Source of the DNA: Cystobasidiomycetes sp. EMM_F5
Lineage: Eukaryota
DNA length: 64,000 nucleotides
Assembly: GCA_051047955.1 (NCBI GenBank)
Contig: JBPGPT010000017.1
Coordinates: 1 to 64,000 of the forward strand
Direction: 5' to 3'
Shown here: positions 37,917 to 51,691 of the stretch, piece by piece
How positions within the stretch are numbered: the stretch's first letter is position 1
Layout: each line of letters opens with the position of its first letter
Program-made: the position numbers and the translations under genes
Notes under the pieces: generated by a model
What the model was told of the DNA's origin: nothing
The model's input: the letters and a program-made list of their open reading frames with translations, nothing else
Database searches by the model: none

Positions 37917-39772
37917 ATGGACAAGATCCGCGAGTTTGGCTCGGCAGTTGCTGGCAAGGTGAGGCTCGAACATCAAAGTAGAGCGGGTTCTGTAGGCATA
38001 GCGAAGACAAACTTACTCTGTTGTTGATGTTCTCAGGCTGGAAAAGCCTACATTGTCACCCCACTGCCCAATGATGTGGTTATTTGTGAGTCGCGGCCGT
38101 AACCCAAATACCGTCAGCTATTAAATCTGCGCGTTATTACAGGCGCCGCTGTTCGTACACCAATCACAAAAGCTAGAAAGGGCGGTCTCAAAGACGCCTG
38201 CCCAGAGGATCTGCTTGCTGCAGTCTTCAAGGCTGTTCTTCAGCGATCTGGCGTCGACCCAGCTCTGGTCGAAGATGTAGCAGTGGGTAATGTCCTCCCG
38301 CCTGGAGGTGGCGCAACAGTCGCTCGTATGGCTGCTCTGTATGGTGAGGTTTTACGTATTGCCTGCCTTGGTGCCCCTCTGACTTGAGCATTATTTCGAC
38401 ATAGCCGGTCTGCCATCGTCAACCGCAGTAAACACGCTCAACAGGCAGTGCTCATCCGGTCTAGCTACTGTGGCACAAATTGCCAACGAGATCTCCACTG
38501 GCCAGATTGATATCGGAATCGGTGCTGGCGTTGAGTCTATGACGATGGGCTACGGCGCCGGTGCGATGCCAGAGCGGATGAGTGACGAGGTATCGACCAA
38601 CTCTGAGGCTGCCGACTGTCTTTTGCCTATGGGTGAGTCACTTCCTTTCAGGTACTGTTGGAAGTGCGAGTTACTGACCATTCGCATTACGTAGGCATTA
38701 CAAGCGAGAATGTAGCTAAGCAATTCGGCGTATCCCGAGCCAAGCAAGATCAGTTCGCAGCCCGCTCGTTCCAATTGGCTGATGCGGCGCAAAAATCCGG
38801 CAAGTTCAAGGAAGAAATCGTTCCAGTCAAGACAAAGTGGACGGATCCTAAATCTGGAGAAGACACAGTCCTGACTGTGACGGAAGATGATGGAATTCGA
38901 CCGGGTATGTCAAGAATCTTGCCAACTACATCATAGACTGACAAAGTCTTACTAGGCATTACTGCCGAGTCACTGTCTAAGTTGAAGCCGGCCTTTACGA
39001 AAGACGGCACGACTCATGCTGGTAACGCTTCTCAAGTTTCTGACGGCGCCGCAGCAGTCCTGCTTGCTCGCCGAAGCGTAGCGAAGAAGCTCGGTCTACC
39101 TATCCTTGGCAAGTTTGTCACTGCGGCGGTCGTGGGTGTTCCTCGTGAGTGTTCAGTCAAAATGGCGGCTGGGGACTGTACTGATTTTAAACTGGCTTGC
39201 TGCAGCGAAAGTGATGGGCATCGGTCCTGCTTTTGCAATCCCTAAGGCCCTTGAGAAGGCTGGAATCACTCAGGATGAAGTCGACTTTTTCGAAATGTAG
39301 GTGTACATGAGCTGATTCGCGCCACGCCTAACAAATTATTTCATCAGAAACGAAGCATTCGCATCTCAGGCGGTCTACTCGGTGGAGACACTCAAGATTC
39401 CCATCGAGAAGGTCAATCCAGTTGGAGGGTATGTAGCAAATTACAATGGCCTCTCCGAATACAAGCTGATAACAAACGGTCCCAATAGTGCTATTGCGCT
39501 TGGACATCCGCTCGGATGCACGTGAGTTTTTTCCTGTTAGGCGGTTCCATTGAGTTATTACGCTGACGTGATCAACGACCTGCGTTCTGTACAGTGGATC
39601 CCGTCAAATCGCGACTGGCCTGTCACAAGCCAAACGTACTGGCGAGAAGATCTTTGTTACATCCATGTGTATTGGTTCGGGCATGGGAATGGGTTGGTTC
39701 ATACTTCTACGCAATTCGACCCGCTGCTGATCCCGCACTGCCATAGCCGCTGTCTTTGTCAACGAGCAATAA
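37917..39772 (+). CDS. 3-ketoacyl-CoA thiolase (Pot1/Fox3-like), multi-exon
   Basis: [57 protein letters not shown] motifs. Confidence 0.96.
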
Positions 39773-40063
39773 GGCATGGTGACGCAGTACTTGGCCTTCT
39801 GGCATGCAAAGATGGAAGTAGATTACCAGTGTAGCTTCATATCTAGTAGCGTTCTGCGAAAGACTCCGTCATGTTCAATGCAAAGCATCTGCTACTTAGC
39901 CGTCTGGTTGGCCTTGATCATGAATGCGGACCTGAAAATGAAGTAATTAGGCGCTGACGACGCTGGCTTGTAACGACAATTCAAGCATACCGAGCTCTGT
40001 CTGTCTGTCGCTGTATCGACATCTGAGCGAGACGTTACTGCTCTCGCTTCGGGACTGATCATC

Positions 40064-41574
40064 ATGGCTCGAAGGTACGCGTCAGAAGACTGTAAACCAG
40101 GCGACACGACCCACAGCGCACTGAGCCTGAACCCCTATCGTACATCTTATTGGCAACCCCGTCAATTCCTTGACTCACACTGTGCACTCTGCATACTTCG
40201 TATTGCATTGTTCGGGTCTGTAGATATGGTGGGCATAGTTGAAGCTGCACACGACAGCGGCATGCGGCTAACACACGTCGCTGCACAGACTCACGAACAA
40301 CGACCTTCAGTCCGGAGGGTCGGCTGTACCAAGTCGAATATGCGATGGAGTCGGTGTCGCATGCAGGTTGCGTAATTGGCATACTTGCACCGGGAGAAGC
40401 TGGAACAACACTAGGCAAGGAGCTAGCCTCGGTAGGTTGCATTCCTACGTGTTTAGTTGATACCTGCTCATTCCTTCGCATGCTCTACTGACTGGTTGCT
40501 TGATAAATATGACTGACTCCAGGCCGAAAAGAAGGAGGACAGCTCAGCCGTCATTGGCGGAGCCGCATCTACATCTGGCACGACAGTTGAAGTCGGTGTT
40601 GCACCTGAAGCTGTTCCAGAGGCGACGACTAGCACACAAGCGTCAGGTCCGGCTGAAGATGTTGCCATGTCGGATGCAGCTTCTGCTCCATCCGATGAAG
40701 CAAGTTCATCAAAGCCGAAGACAAAGAAACGACAGGGAGTCGTCCTTGCAGCTGAAAAGAAGGTCACGAGCAAGCTGCTAGACAAAGCTGGTGGCGGGCC
40801 AGACGAAAAGATCTTTGTCGTGAATGAGTGCGTATACATTGCCCAACCTTTCGCATGACTGACTCATGTTTTACCCACCTTTCTCCTCGCAGCAATATCA
40901 TCTCGGCTGTAGCAGGTTATACTGCCGATGCGTCGTCGCTTGTTAACTACTGCAGAAATGCTGCGCAGTCGCACCTTTCCGAATACAACGAAGCCATGCC
41001 AGTCGAGCAGCTTGTGAGACGGGTATGTGATCTTAAGCAAGGATATACACAGTATGGTGGTCTTCGGCCATTTGGCGTATCCTTCCTCTTCGCTGGACAC
41101 GACCCCATCCATCAGTTCCAGCTGTACTCTAGCGACCCGAGCGGAAATTACTCTGGATGGAGGTGAGAACATCTTCGTTCTGCCAACAGAACACCTTGCC
41201 CTCCGCGTGTGCTGACCTTCATGAACGACAGAGCGCACTGCATCGGAGCCAACAATTCTACGGCCACTTCGTTATTACGGCAAGATTACAAAGAAGACAT
41301 TGGCTTAGAGGAAGCTCTGGAGCTAGCTGTCAAAGTCCTCAGCAAGACCATGGACAGCACGACCCTAGATCACGAGAAGGGTGAGTAGCGTTGAAAGTCG
41401 CCAACTTTGCTAAGCTGATGCCAGACTCTCTCGGCAGTCGAAATTGCAACAATCACTTATGTTGAAGAGACCGACGAAGTTATTGGCCATATACTGACGC
41501 ACAAAGAGCTAGACGATCTGCTGGAGAAGTGTGGTTTAGCCAAAAAGCCAGAAACTGAGGCAGTTGGGCAGTAA
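40064..41574 (+). CDS. PRE9: 20S proteasome subunit alpha3 (Pre9/PSMA4)
   Basis: [73 protein letters not shown]. Confidence 0.96.
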
Positions 41575-41751
41575 CAGCAGCTATCGTTGGATAGTGAATA
41601 ATGCATGGACTTCAGATTTGTGTCACTTCTCATCGTGCTTGTAACGTTTCCCAATGTGATTTGTCTATCATTCGTGCGAAAGTTGATCCAAGGCACATCG
41701 ACCGCAATAGGATCTTGCAGCCTCTGTCATTACCAACACTGAAACCTGTCA

Positions 41752-43529
41752 ATGGCTTCGACATCAGCCTTACGCTCTGCTGTGCGCAAAGCAGCAGCCG
41801 GCTCTGTCCGACAGGCGGTCTTGCGCACTACACAGGTTGCTGGGCTGAGGACGCTCGCTGGTCCATCGACCTCGGTGAGCTCGTTCAAAACGCTAGCCCA
41901 AACCTACAGTACTGACTGAACCGTACAACTATATGCAATTCGTATAGCACTTTGTATCTGCTTCCCGATTTATTAGTCCTATTCTGTGAGTTTCTCGCAC
42001 GCTCGTTCTCCGCTGGTTGAGAGATCGATAGAAGACCATCTATGCGACAGCGAGTTGAACGAGTGGCGTGTTTTATCTATGATTACAGCACACGTAGCGT
42101 CCAGAGCTCTGCTACTGGGTCGCACGTAGACGGTGTCAAGATCCCGGAGGATGCGGATGAGGAATTCACTGTGAGCGATGGATCCGGTGGTACGGCAGCT
42201 CACCGCAACGGTACTGATGCCTAATATTCAATGTTACTGTAGGTTTACTTGAAAGATGACTCATTCCACGGATACAAGTTGGATATTCCATCCAACGAGG
42301 TCAAAATGACCAAAAACACCTTGATCTGGCTGTACAAGACAATGTCCGAGATGCGTCGAATGGAAATGGCTGCCGATCAATTGTACAAGCAAAAGATGAT
42401 TCGCGGTTTCTGCCATCTCGCTATTGGCCAAGAAGCCGTTTCAGTCGGCATGGAGAGCGCAATCGAACCCGACGATAAGGTCATCACCGCCTACCGATGC
42501 CATCCCTTTGCCGTGCTGCGTGGAGGAACAGTAAAGGGGGTGATTGCTGAGCTTCTCGGACGAAAGGACGGCATGTCTCACGGCAAAGGTGGCTCAATGC
42601 ATATATTCACAAAGTCCTTCTTTGGCGGAAACGGCATTGTCGGAGCTCAGGTTCCAGTCGGTGCAGGTATCGCTCTAGCTCAACAGTACATGGGACAAGC
42701 CGACAAGCACGCTACTTTTGCCATGTATGGTGACGGTGCATCCAATCAAGGGCAGGTCTTCGAGTCTTTCAACATGGCGAAGTTGTGGAACTTGGTCAGT
42801 GGTGATGTTAGTCTTTGTGCGAAGACACCATCTGATTTCCGCATTGTTAAACAGCCCTGTATCTTTGTGTGCGAGAACAACTTGTACGGAATGGGCACCT
42901 CTTCGGCTAGATCTTCCAGCAACACCAAGTACTTTATGCGAGGTGATCAAATCCCGGGCCTACAAGTCAATGCTATGGACGTCTTGGCTGTTCACGCTGC
43001 AGTCAAATTTTCGAAGGCATGGACCCAGTCTGGCAAAGGCCCGCTTCTTCTGGAGATGGTGACTTACAGATACGGTGGACACTCAATGTCTGATCCTGGA
43101 ACGACATACAGAACCAGGGTACGTTCATACATTGCCGGAGCAAACACTTATACTGATTAGATATCGCTGCAGGAGGAGATTCAGCACATGCGCTCATCAA
43201 ACGATCCTATCAATGGCCTCAAGCAGCGCCTGATTGACTGGAATATTCTGTCCGAGGATGAGCTCAAGAAGATCGACAAGGATATTCGCAAGTCAGTAGA
43301 CCAGGCCGTTGAGGAGGCCAAGGCATCGCCAGAGCCGGAAGCTGGGGATGAAATGTGGAAGGATATCTACTTTTCGGGTACCGCTCCGCCATACATGCGG
43401 GGACGGGAGGCCGAGGAGATCCACTACTACAAGCAAGAGGAGACCCAAGGCAAGCCGGCTCGTGAGGTCGTGTCGGTCGCCCAGTTGGGTTCCAATTCCC
43501 AAACCGATGAGGCTGGGCGACTGGTGTAA
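41752..43529 (+). CDS. PDA1: Pyruvate dehydrogenase E1 alpha subunit, mitochondrial
   Basis: Arg/Ala/Ser-rich presequence MASTSALRSAVRK; IRGFCHLAIGQEA, GDGASNQGQ, TYRYGGHSMSDPGTTYR. Confidence 0.97.
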
Positions 43530-43669
43530 TGAATGTACGCGGTAGAAGATGTAGCAAGGTATTCTGCATGCAAACCGTAGATTCTTTTGAGATAAGCTTG
43601 CACAACATAATCATTTTGTCTAACTCAATCGTGCGGGTTGCCTGCTGTTTATCCAAATTGCCAAATTTT

Positions 43670-46076
43670 ATGTCGAGCCAGCGGACAATCTGGAAAGGAT
43701 TCTGTCGAGCCTGCCTGGCTGAACGTCGACAGCAGCAGCAACGCCGCTTCGTACATCAAGATGTCGCTAGCACAAGTGCAACGCCATTGCCTCGGAATTC
43801 CCCAAAGCCGGAAGACGCAGATTCAGACTTGCGCAATGCAACAGCCCTAGCAGCCATCAGGTTTGAGCTGGGCCAGACTAAACCGGCCTTGCCAAAAGTC
43901 TGGATGCACCTCAAGGAGCTCGCTTTCTCTGATGTTCCGCCTACGGACTTGACGGGCGAAATTATTCGAAAAGCAGAGCCGACTTTGCAGAGAATTTCAC
44001 GTCCTAAAGACAGATTGACGGCACCGCTCACAATTGTCGCTTACATGGAGGAGGCCGAAGCTCTCTACTCGCGCTACAGATTCGTTGCCGACCGCCAGCA
44101 TCCATCAACGCCTGGCACATCGGCCCCTATGAGAATCTTGGAATGGCTCAAAGGGTTTGGGGAATTGGCGTATGCTCCTGCTGCTTGGCGGGTGTGGGAA
44201 GATTGCCGTAACAAAGCGGACGAAGACGGAATTGTTTTGGCGCGCGATATATCCCATTCGGTAATACTGACCACGACGAAGTGGGTCGCATTCTGTAAAC
44301 AATACTACAGACCGAGAGAAGAGCGCAGACTGCTCCGACAGAAGATAAAAGAGGTGAACATTGTTCGCATGCTGCAGCAGCAGTCGCAAAAGCTTAAATC
44401 TACTGCAGGCTCTGGAGAACGCAACAGCAATAATGGACTATTTGAAGACACATGGTCAAACAGGATGGCTCAGCCGATCATTATATCTTCGTCTGATCAA
44501 GGAGACGGGCACGCTTCATGATACGGAAAAGTTCTTCACTTCCTCATACGGCCTCAACCTCGAATTTCCGTCCACCTGGCAGGCAGCGTTCAACGACACG
44601 TCAGATCCAAGCGAGCTAGCCAATGCTATAGACAGGCACGCTGTCAATACTATGCTCAGCTCATACTCGGACGTGGACAACCTCTCTAAAATGATTAGTA
44701 TCTTTGAAAACGTTACCCACTTCTCGCTAGGAACCCGTCCAGATTCGTTTTTCTCGACAAACAGCAGTCTGTATTCCTCCACCTCAAAATCTAGCATAAC
44801 GAATGCAAGAGAGCAGAAAAACTTTGCAGATGAGACAGAAGAAAGAACCGATGTCGCGACTGTGCCGGATGGGATTTCAGACGCGGCTGAGAAGAAACGT
44901 TCATCTCACTATATGATACGAGTCAGCGTCGTAAATACCTCATCATATGAGCTTCTCATTTCTACTGCATGCCGAATGGAACAATTTGGTGTAGCAAGAC
45001 ACTATCTCAAGGAGATGGCCAGCGCGTGGCGGCAGGAAAGCCAGAGACTGCGGCGGGCTTTTCAGCACATTGCGGACAAGACGCCCGCCCAAATATCAGA
45101 ACTAGATGACGTGGGCAAGGCGGCGATGTTACCTGCAGTTCGCAAGACCATGCTCATACCCTCGGTACATGGGATGTACACAATATTCTCCACCTTGAAG
45201 CTCAAATGCGCCTCCGGTAACGGTGCCTTCACGTCGGGAATACTCGCGATGATGCGACTTTTGGACGAGATCATGGAAGAAATGCAGCTAGAAGTTTACT
45301 ACTGGCAGGCAATTGGGCGAAAGATTGCACTTCTGCCATATGATGTCTCCACGCAGCCTAAAATTGTCGACACTGATCAGCAGCCAGATCCTCTGAAGCA
45401 GCTGCGACCGTTCATCCCGCGAAGGCATGCGACGCTGCTAGCACGTGCGGTGCTGGAACATCGCGAACTACTGGAGGTCCTTCAGCCTTTGAGCTTAGAA
45501 GCCAAGACTGACCGGTTCGTAGCAACCTTGGTAGGACGACTCAAAGCACGATCTCGGCAGACGACAGCTGTAAAGGGCGCGCGGATCACGACGGACGCGC
45601 ATGCATACATCCGTGTGGCTATCAGACGTGCAGAGCGGTGGCTGCTGGAGGATGTTGAGCAAGACTCATCGAGGATTGGTTCGGTCTCGGAAGCCATATC
45701 CACGCGCCGTAAACACGGCTACGACCGGACTCCGGCGCCACAAGTCGTGAATCATGCAAAACAGCGTCTTGAGACTCGTCGACAGAAAGTTCGCGATGCT
45801 CTGATATCTGCAAAGGAGTATATGGCAAAGATCGATGCAACAAACGCGACCGAGAACCCTCCGCCGGACGCTATCCCTCTGAAAGGTGATATGGCTGATA
45901 CGGTCGTAGCTGGTCAACCCGAGCCTCAGTCCCCGCAGTCTCCAATCTCTTCCGTCTTCTCTACTATTCGCATTCCAGCCTGGCCACAGCAGGAGGTAAA
46001 AGCTGCGGCTGCAGCCTCAGGAAGCGGAGAATGCCGGTCGAATGAGGCCAGCGAGGGCAACTTATTATTGTTGTAA
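43670..46076 (+). CDS. Hypothetical large helical protein with mitochondrial presequence (possibly PPR-like)
   Basis: Two long ORFs joined by an intron ~44354-44408; N-terminal RTIWKGFCRACL...RRFVH presequence-like; segments such as HAVNTMLSSY and SSYELLISTACRMEQFGVARHYLKEM resemble PPR motifs. Confidence 0.6.
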
Positions 46077-46282
46077 TCCCACAATCTGGCTGTGCGGGAT
46101 ATAGAATCCGGCAGTTACCGCGGATGACTAAGCGAGTTTGCGCCTGCTCGGACCGGGTAGTGCGATTTGCACCTTGCCATTGCCGTGTCTTCTCAACGCT
46201 TTGCAGCAGCTCTCGGCGGTGGCCGCGTATCTTGTGCTATGGCTGCACAAGGGTAACACCGGCTTCGTGCAGGCGGTAGCGC

Positions 46283-48335
46283 ATGATGGACTCTGCCAGC
46301 AAGTTCAGCATGGAAATGTCTGCGGACGACCACGATACGCACGAAGACGAGGTGGGTCCTCGGATTGCGAGACTCGTTCAGACAAGACTTTGCTAAATTG
46401 ACAATCGATTCGACATCCAGCTCAGCGACTTTGACGATCTCGGAGCAGATGCTCCACTGGCCAAGAAGGGCAAACGAGCATCCGCAAACGGTAAATCGAA
46501 AGCCAAAGCGGCTTCTCACAATGCGTCGTCCGCGTTAGAACACGAGGCAGATGGGTGAGATGATCAATAAAGATTGGTATCGATGAGAAATCCAATTGAC
46601 AACGGTCATATCTCAACAGCTCAGTCGCAGGACAGCGCAAGTTGCAGAATCGTGTTGCGCAGAGGGAGTTTCGTCAAAGGAAGCTGCAATACGTCAAGGA
46701 TCTCGAAGCTCGCGTCGAATTTCTTAGCACGTCTAAGGACGACCAGCTAGAAGCCCTCAAAGCAATGCTCCGAGGCAAGCCACAAGGCCTCCTGTGCCAT
46801 TCCGCTTCTGACCACGGTCTGCTTCTCTAGGTCTGATGGAAGAGAATAAACAGCTGCGGACTTTGGTGCAACAGATATCCGGCTTCATCGGCGAAGGTCT
46901 GGGTGGTCACACACAACGATTGGGATTCTCGAACGTTACCGACTTTGAGGAATACGTAAGCCAATCAGACAGAGACACCATCCACCGTATACACGAAGGC
47001 TGGAAGACGAGATACTCAAAGAATACAAAAGTCGACGGATTGAATTCAGCCGAATCTGCGTCCCCGCATTCAGCCACGCATAACAACGCTGTCGAAAGCC
47101 ACGGTCGTAATTCTCGAAGTGGTCCATCCTCACCTGCAGGCGGAGCGACGTCCGGTAGCAAGTCCGATTCGACAAAGTCGGGGTCACAGGGAGCAACGAC
47201 TGTGAATGGCGATGCGCACAGTCGCAAGCATCCTCGAGCCTCAATGTCGGACGGTGCTGGAACATTAATCACTGGCAAGCCTACAACACACAACATAACT
47301 ACAGCGCCCCCGGCACAACCTACACAACAATCGGAGTCATCGCTACGTACACAGAGACAGGCCTTACAGTCTACCGCTGCAACTCAGACGCAGCTCCAGA
47401 GCACTTTGCCTTACCTAACCATCGGAGGAACCTCAACTGTCCCGTCAGCGCAATATTGCTATAATACCGGAGCACCGGTCGGCAGCACTTTGGCCGCAGC
47501 AGGACCTTCGTTATTTTTTGATGTGGCCGATCCGCTGAACATATCGAATACGCCCTCGTCTGCCGTATTCACGAACGAGTTCATGTCGGATTTCGGACAC
47601 ACAGGCCTGACGCCCTCTTACGATTCCACCGCATTTGGGGCGACGGAATTCGCTTGGCCAGACTACAACATTCTTCCGTCGTCAACGCCTGGAGCATACA
47701 TGCAATTGGATCCAGTAGACTCGAATCAGGCCCTACAGGGTCAATCGCAGTATACTCAATTTGATGTCTCGCGGACATCGCAGCAGCCGTCGAGCATTGC
47801 AAGCAACCAGGTTTCTCAAGCCAGTACACCCATTGCCAGCGCTGCTCAAGTGCAGAATGCAGCATCTGCACCATCTGCCAACGAGATATTCAGCTCCAGT
47901 CCACTTTTGCAAGCCATACACCTCCTGTCGTATCATATGCGCAGCAAGGCTGCTAATGAGGGCTACATTCTACCACCTTCGCTGACGCCTACCCAAGTGC
48001 AAATTCTGACGGCGCATGGTAAGTTTCACCGTACGCACCGATGACCCATTGCCAAACTAAGATCATCACGCGGTATAGATTCTCGTATAGACGGCATCAT
48101 TTGGCCTTCTCTACGAGATAGACTTATCATGGACACACGTCACGATTTGAATGCTGTACTCGGCGATTTACTCGAGGCGGTGACTGTGCACCCCGGAGAT
48201 GATTTGTTGGATTGGTGGAACTGGGAAGTATCCGACACCTTCATTACGCGATGGAAGGCGTTGATCACAGATGAAATAGTCAAGTCTAGTAATAAGTGGA
48301 GAGCCGTCAGGGGAGAGTCTTTGATCCAATTGTAA
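46283..48335 (+). CDS. bZIP transcription factor with C-terminal DUF3425-like domain
   Basis: RKLQNRVAQREFRQRKLQYVKDLEARVEFL basic region/zipper; C-terminal LPPSLTPTQVQ...H..IDGIIWPSLRDRLI...WEVSDTF...SNKWRAVRGE. Confidence 0.9.
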
Positions 48336-48457
48336 AGCCACACAATGCATCCTTGATCGATTTCACGTCATCCTGGTCGTATCCACATTGTGTCTGGAGA
48401 GTAGATTACAGGTACTCTCACGTACGCTCAGTCCCGTTACCAACCATGCCGTACCCG

Positions 48458-49445
48458 TCAATACCCCTTAACTCGCCGCCAGACACTCATTAATTCTTTG
48501 CCTGCCCTTTCGGGTACTGGGTGTAAAGGCTTCTCGAGGTATTCGCATCTGTACGGATGCTCTCAGTACATCGTCATGCATGTGCAGTGCGACAATGACA
48601 CACTTGAAGGCGGGTTCAAGGACCGCACGATAGGCATCAGCTGAAACGCTATAGGGTGGACCACCAGCACGGTCGCCATCGATAGGGAAAATGAGACATA
48701 GAAGAACACCGCCTGTCGAGACTAGTTCCGCGTAGCGCTTTCCCCAAGCTTCGCGCATTGCAGGCGGAATGGCGCAGAAGAATGTATAGTCGTACGCTAG
48801 AATAAACTTCTTTCCATCCGATGGTAAGTCGAAATTGAAAAAGTCCAATGCCTTGAATTCCACGTTGTTCGGAGGATTAGGCATTGCTGCTACAAACTGC
48901 GCATGGGGAGTAGTCCAGAATTTAACGCTGACATTATCCAGATCGCCATAATGACAGCATCTCAAGCTCACAGCCTTGGCTGCCTCAATAGCAGCAGATG
49001 AGATATCAACTCCCCAAGCTTCGAGTCCGAGTCTGCTTGCAAAGTAAGCGGCATCGTACCTGATGGGGGCTTGCTCAGGCAAGCTCGCGTAATCTTAAAA
49101 CAATTTGACCTTACCCTCTTCCGCAGCCGGGAACAATAGCACGACCTTCACGGGGCAGGTCGAACTTGACCTCTTCAATGAGTTCTTTCAGAGGTTTTCT
49201 GACAGCTCCATCGGCAGAATCCCATGGCGCTAAAGACCATCGTAAGCATGCGCATCAGCGAAAGATGATGCTAAGAAATAGCATACTTGTGCCAGACTTC
49301 CAGGCTGCATCCCTGCGTAATCAGCAACGATCAGTTTCTTAGTACGTTCAGTACGTCAGATAATCCGTGCAGCGGACCAGCCAGATTGCCCGTGGCTAGC
49401 GATGTACTCTCGCAGCTGCATTACACCTTGAGGAAAGCTAGACAT
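48458..49445 (-). CDS. SAM-dependent thiol/halide methyltransferase (TPMT/HOL family)
   Basis: Spliced GWDAAWKSGTTPWD, RAIVPGCGRGYD, YDYTFFCAIPP, GGPPYSV, ELMSVWRR. Confidence 0.9.
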
Positions 49446-49620
49446 CTGATCAGATATTGGTATACGGTCGGCAGTCAACCTGTCCAAGACGTAACGATCG
49501 AGACCCCGGTTACACAGCGCTCAACATGCGCGCGATAACGCCTCGAATTGCGCCTGTACGGCCTTCATCGTACGTTTCTTGGACAAGGCATTCCGAGCTG
49601 AGTTCGTTCTGAGCGTTTCG

Positions 49621-50009
49621 ATGACCCGCGTTAACAGATTCCGACAAATCTCGCCGAGAAGATATGCCACCAGCGCAGAAGGCAGGAGTAACGCAACCCG
49701 TCCCAACATTTATCGCGACCTATGGCCATCAATCGTGTCCGGATTGGGTGTAGCATTCATCGTATACTATGGGTTAAGTGTGCGTATGACCCCGTAGACG
49801 AAGGTTCCATAGCAACGTACTCCGGCTGATGACCCGTCACTCCGCAGCTATGGCAGATTAAGCTGGATATGAAATGGCAAGCTATCGATATGGAGCAAGA
49901 AATCAATTCCCTCAAAGCCGAAGTCGCACATCTTCGTAGCGTGTCCTCAGCCATAGACAGCGGAGATGGACACAACCAAAAGCAACGACGATGGTTCGGA
50001 CTGTGGTAG
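49621..50009 (+). CDS. Small mitochondrial inner-membrane protein (Ina17-like architecture), 2 exons
   Basis: Presequence ...PRRYAT, one TM (WPSIVSGLGVAFIVYYGL), short coiled coil, C-terminal RRWFGLW*. Confidence 0.55.
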
Positions 50010-50134
50010 CGTGCGTATATCGGCAGGACCTATCGGTGATGCTTGCTAAGACTTTACGGGCTTGCATAGCGTACTAGCGTACATAGATTATAAATTGGAA
50101 CATCTCCGCGATGGCCATTCAGATATGCCACTTC

Positions 50135-51547
50135 CTACTGGTGCACCGCCAGACGTACGCTCTCCGACCACACCTGTGTGAAACCTACGGTAGCGCTGAT
50201 CAGGCCTGCTGTTGCGCGTATGCCCTCGCTGCCCGGCGATACATCAAACACATCATACGTAGCAAAGACAGCGTCCGAAACTAGACGCAATCGCTCCCAC
50301 CACAGCCAGGACAGGCGACCTCTAAGATCGCGAAGTGTACGTCGCTGGCTGCGTATTCGTACAAGTCTCTCCTCCTCTTCCAGGAATTGCTGCTGCAGCT
50401 CTTGGTCCTGCAGATGTGCATTCTCGCTGGCAGCATCCGACTTATCTGCGTCGTAGCGTCTTTGCTCGACCTCTTCGTCCCGCATGAGGCGTCGCACACG
50501 TTTGCCAAACGTCCACACTTCTCGCCGTTCCCATTCCGAATTGCTCAGAGCAGTCAGAACCGCCAGAAGCCAAAAGGTATCTGCCAAACTTTCCAGACGT
50601 CGTCCCCACCGCCATAGTTTGGTCCTGACGTAAAGCGATGGATTGCTATGCCACCGAATCAAGCGAGCAGCGATGCTTCCCAAAATTCTGAATGGACTTG
50701 CAACAGTGACGCCCAGCCGAGCGAACAAAGCCAATCCGTCCGTAACTGTATCAAGTAGCGAGAGCGTTGTCTCAATCCCTTCCAGACGGAAGCGTAAGAG
50801 TGTATCGGGCTGGTCTTCCGTTGCGTCCGTGTCATTTGTACCAGCTATATCAACCCATCGGTACTTCTGCGTCCAGAGCCATCTTTGACTGCTGATATTT
50901 CCGTCAAGAGCATGTAGAGAGTGTTGGAATTTATCTGCTGTCGCCGTTGTGCATGAAGTGGCAGTATCAAATTGCGGGACTCCGGATAAGCTTGTCAGGC
51001 GTTGTCGGAATAGTCCATAAGTGAATGGCACAAGAATTTCGCTAAGGTCACGAATCTTTCGGGCTATAGATAATGTGAAGACTACCAGCAACAGCTTGGT
51101 TGCCTTGCCTGGCGCTCTGGGCTTGCCGCGTACTTTGATGAAGACGTAGAAGCGGAGGACGTTTTGTATCAAGCGCTGAATACGAGAAGCATGAGAGTGA
51201 GTTGGTTGCAGCAGCCTTCGTCAGCTACACTGACGAGCGTTCTCTCCCTGCCCTCGGCCGTCTTCAGGAGTATGCTCATGGCTGCTTGACGTTGAAGCGC
51301 CGGACGCGCAGAGGATGCATCTAGAGCGATGGACGTAAAGCACAATCCAGCTTAGGACTATCTTCCATTCCTTGGAGCACATTAGCCTACAGAAGGTGGT
51401 ATGAGGACTGGCCGGAAAGTCTTGCTTCTGGCTGTGGCTTGTGACGGCATGCGATGAACTCTCGCCATTTGTGACAGCATTAGCAGCGGTCAGACCGAGT
51501 GCACCGTCCACTTTCGGCATATGGTCTAGGCCAGCATCGCCCGACAT
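50135..51547 (-). CDS. Peroxin-11 (PEX11/25)-like membrane protein
   Basis: Long ORF with LDTVTDGLALFARLG, ADTFWLLAVLTAL, RLVSDAVFATYDV, TAGLISA pattern resembling the PEX11 family. Confidence 0.55.
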
Positions 51548-51691
51548 GGCTGTCAGACAGAACGTCTGCCACGCATGGAACAAAGCGGAGCCCCAGCTTG
51601 ATTGAACCCATATCCCCAACTTTTAATGAAAATTACTAACAACAGCAGAGAAGCTCGAAAAGGATTGTAATATGCGTGGCTATCTCCACCT

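Noticed and set aside
37917..37960. PTS2 peroxisomal signal in the thiolase N-terminus
   Set aside because: KIREFGSAV does not fit (R/K)(L/V/I)x5(H/Q)(L/A); targeting left uncalled
44354..44521. Overlapping long ORFs suggesting a programmed frameshift
   Set aside because: Explained by a GTGAAC...CAG intron (~44354-44408)
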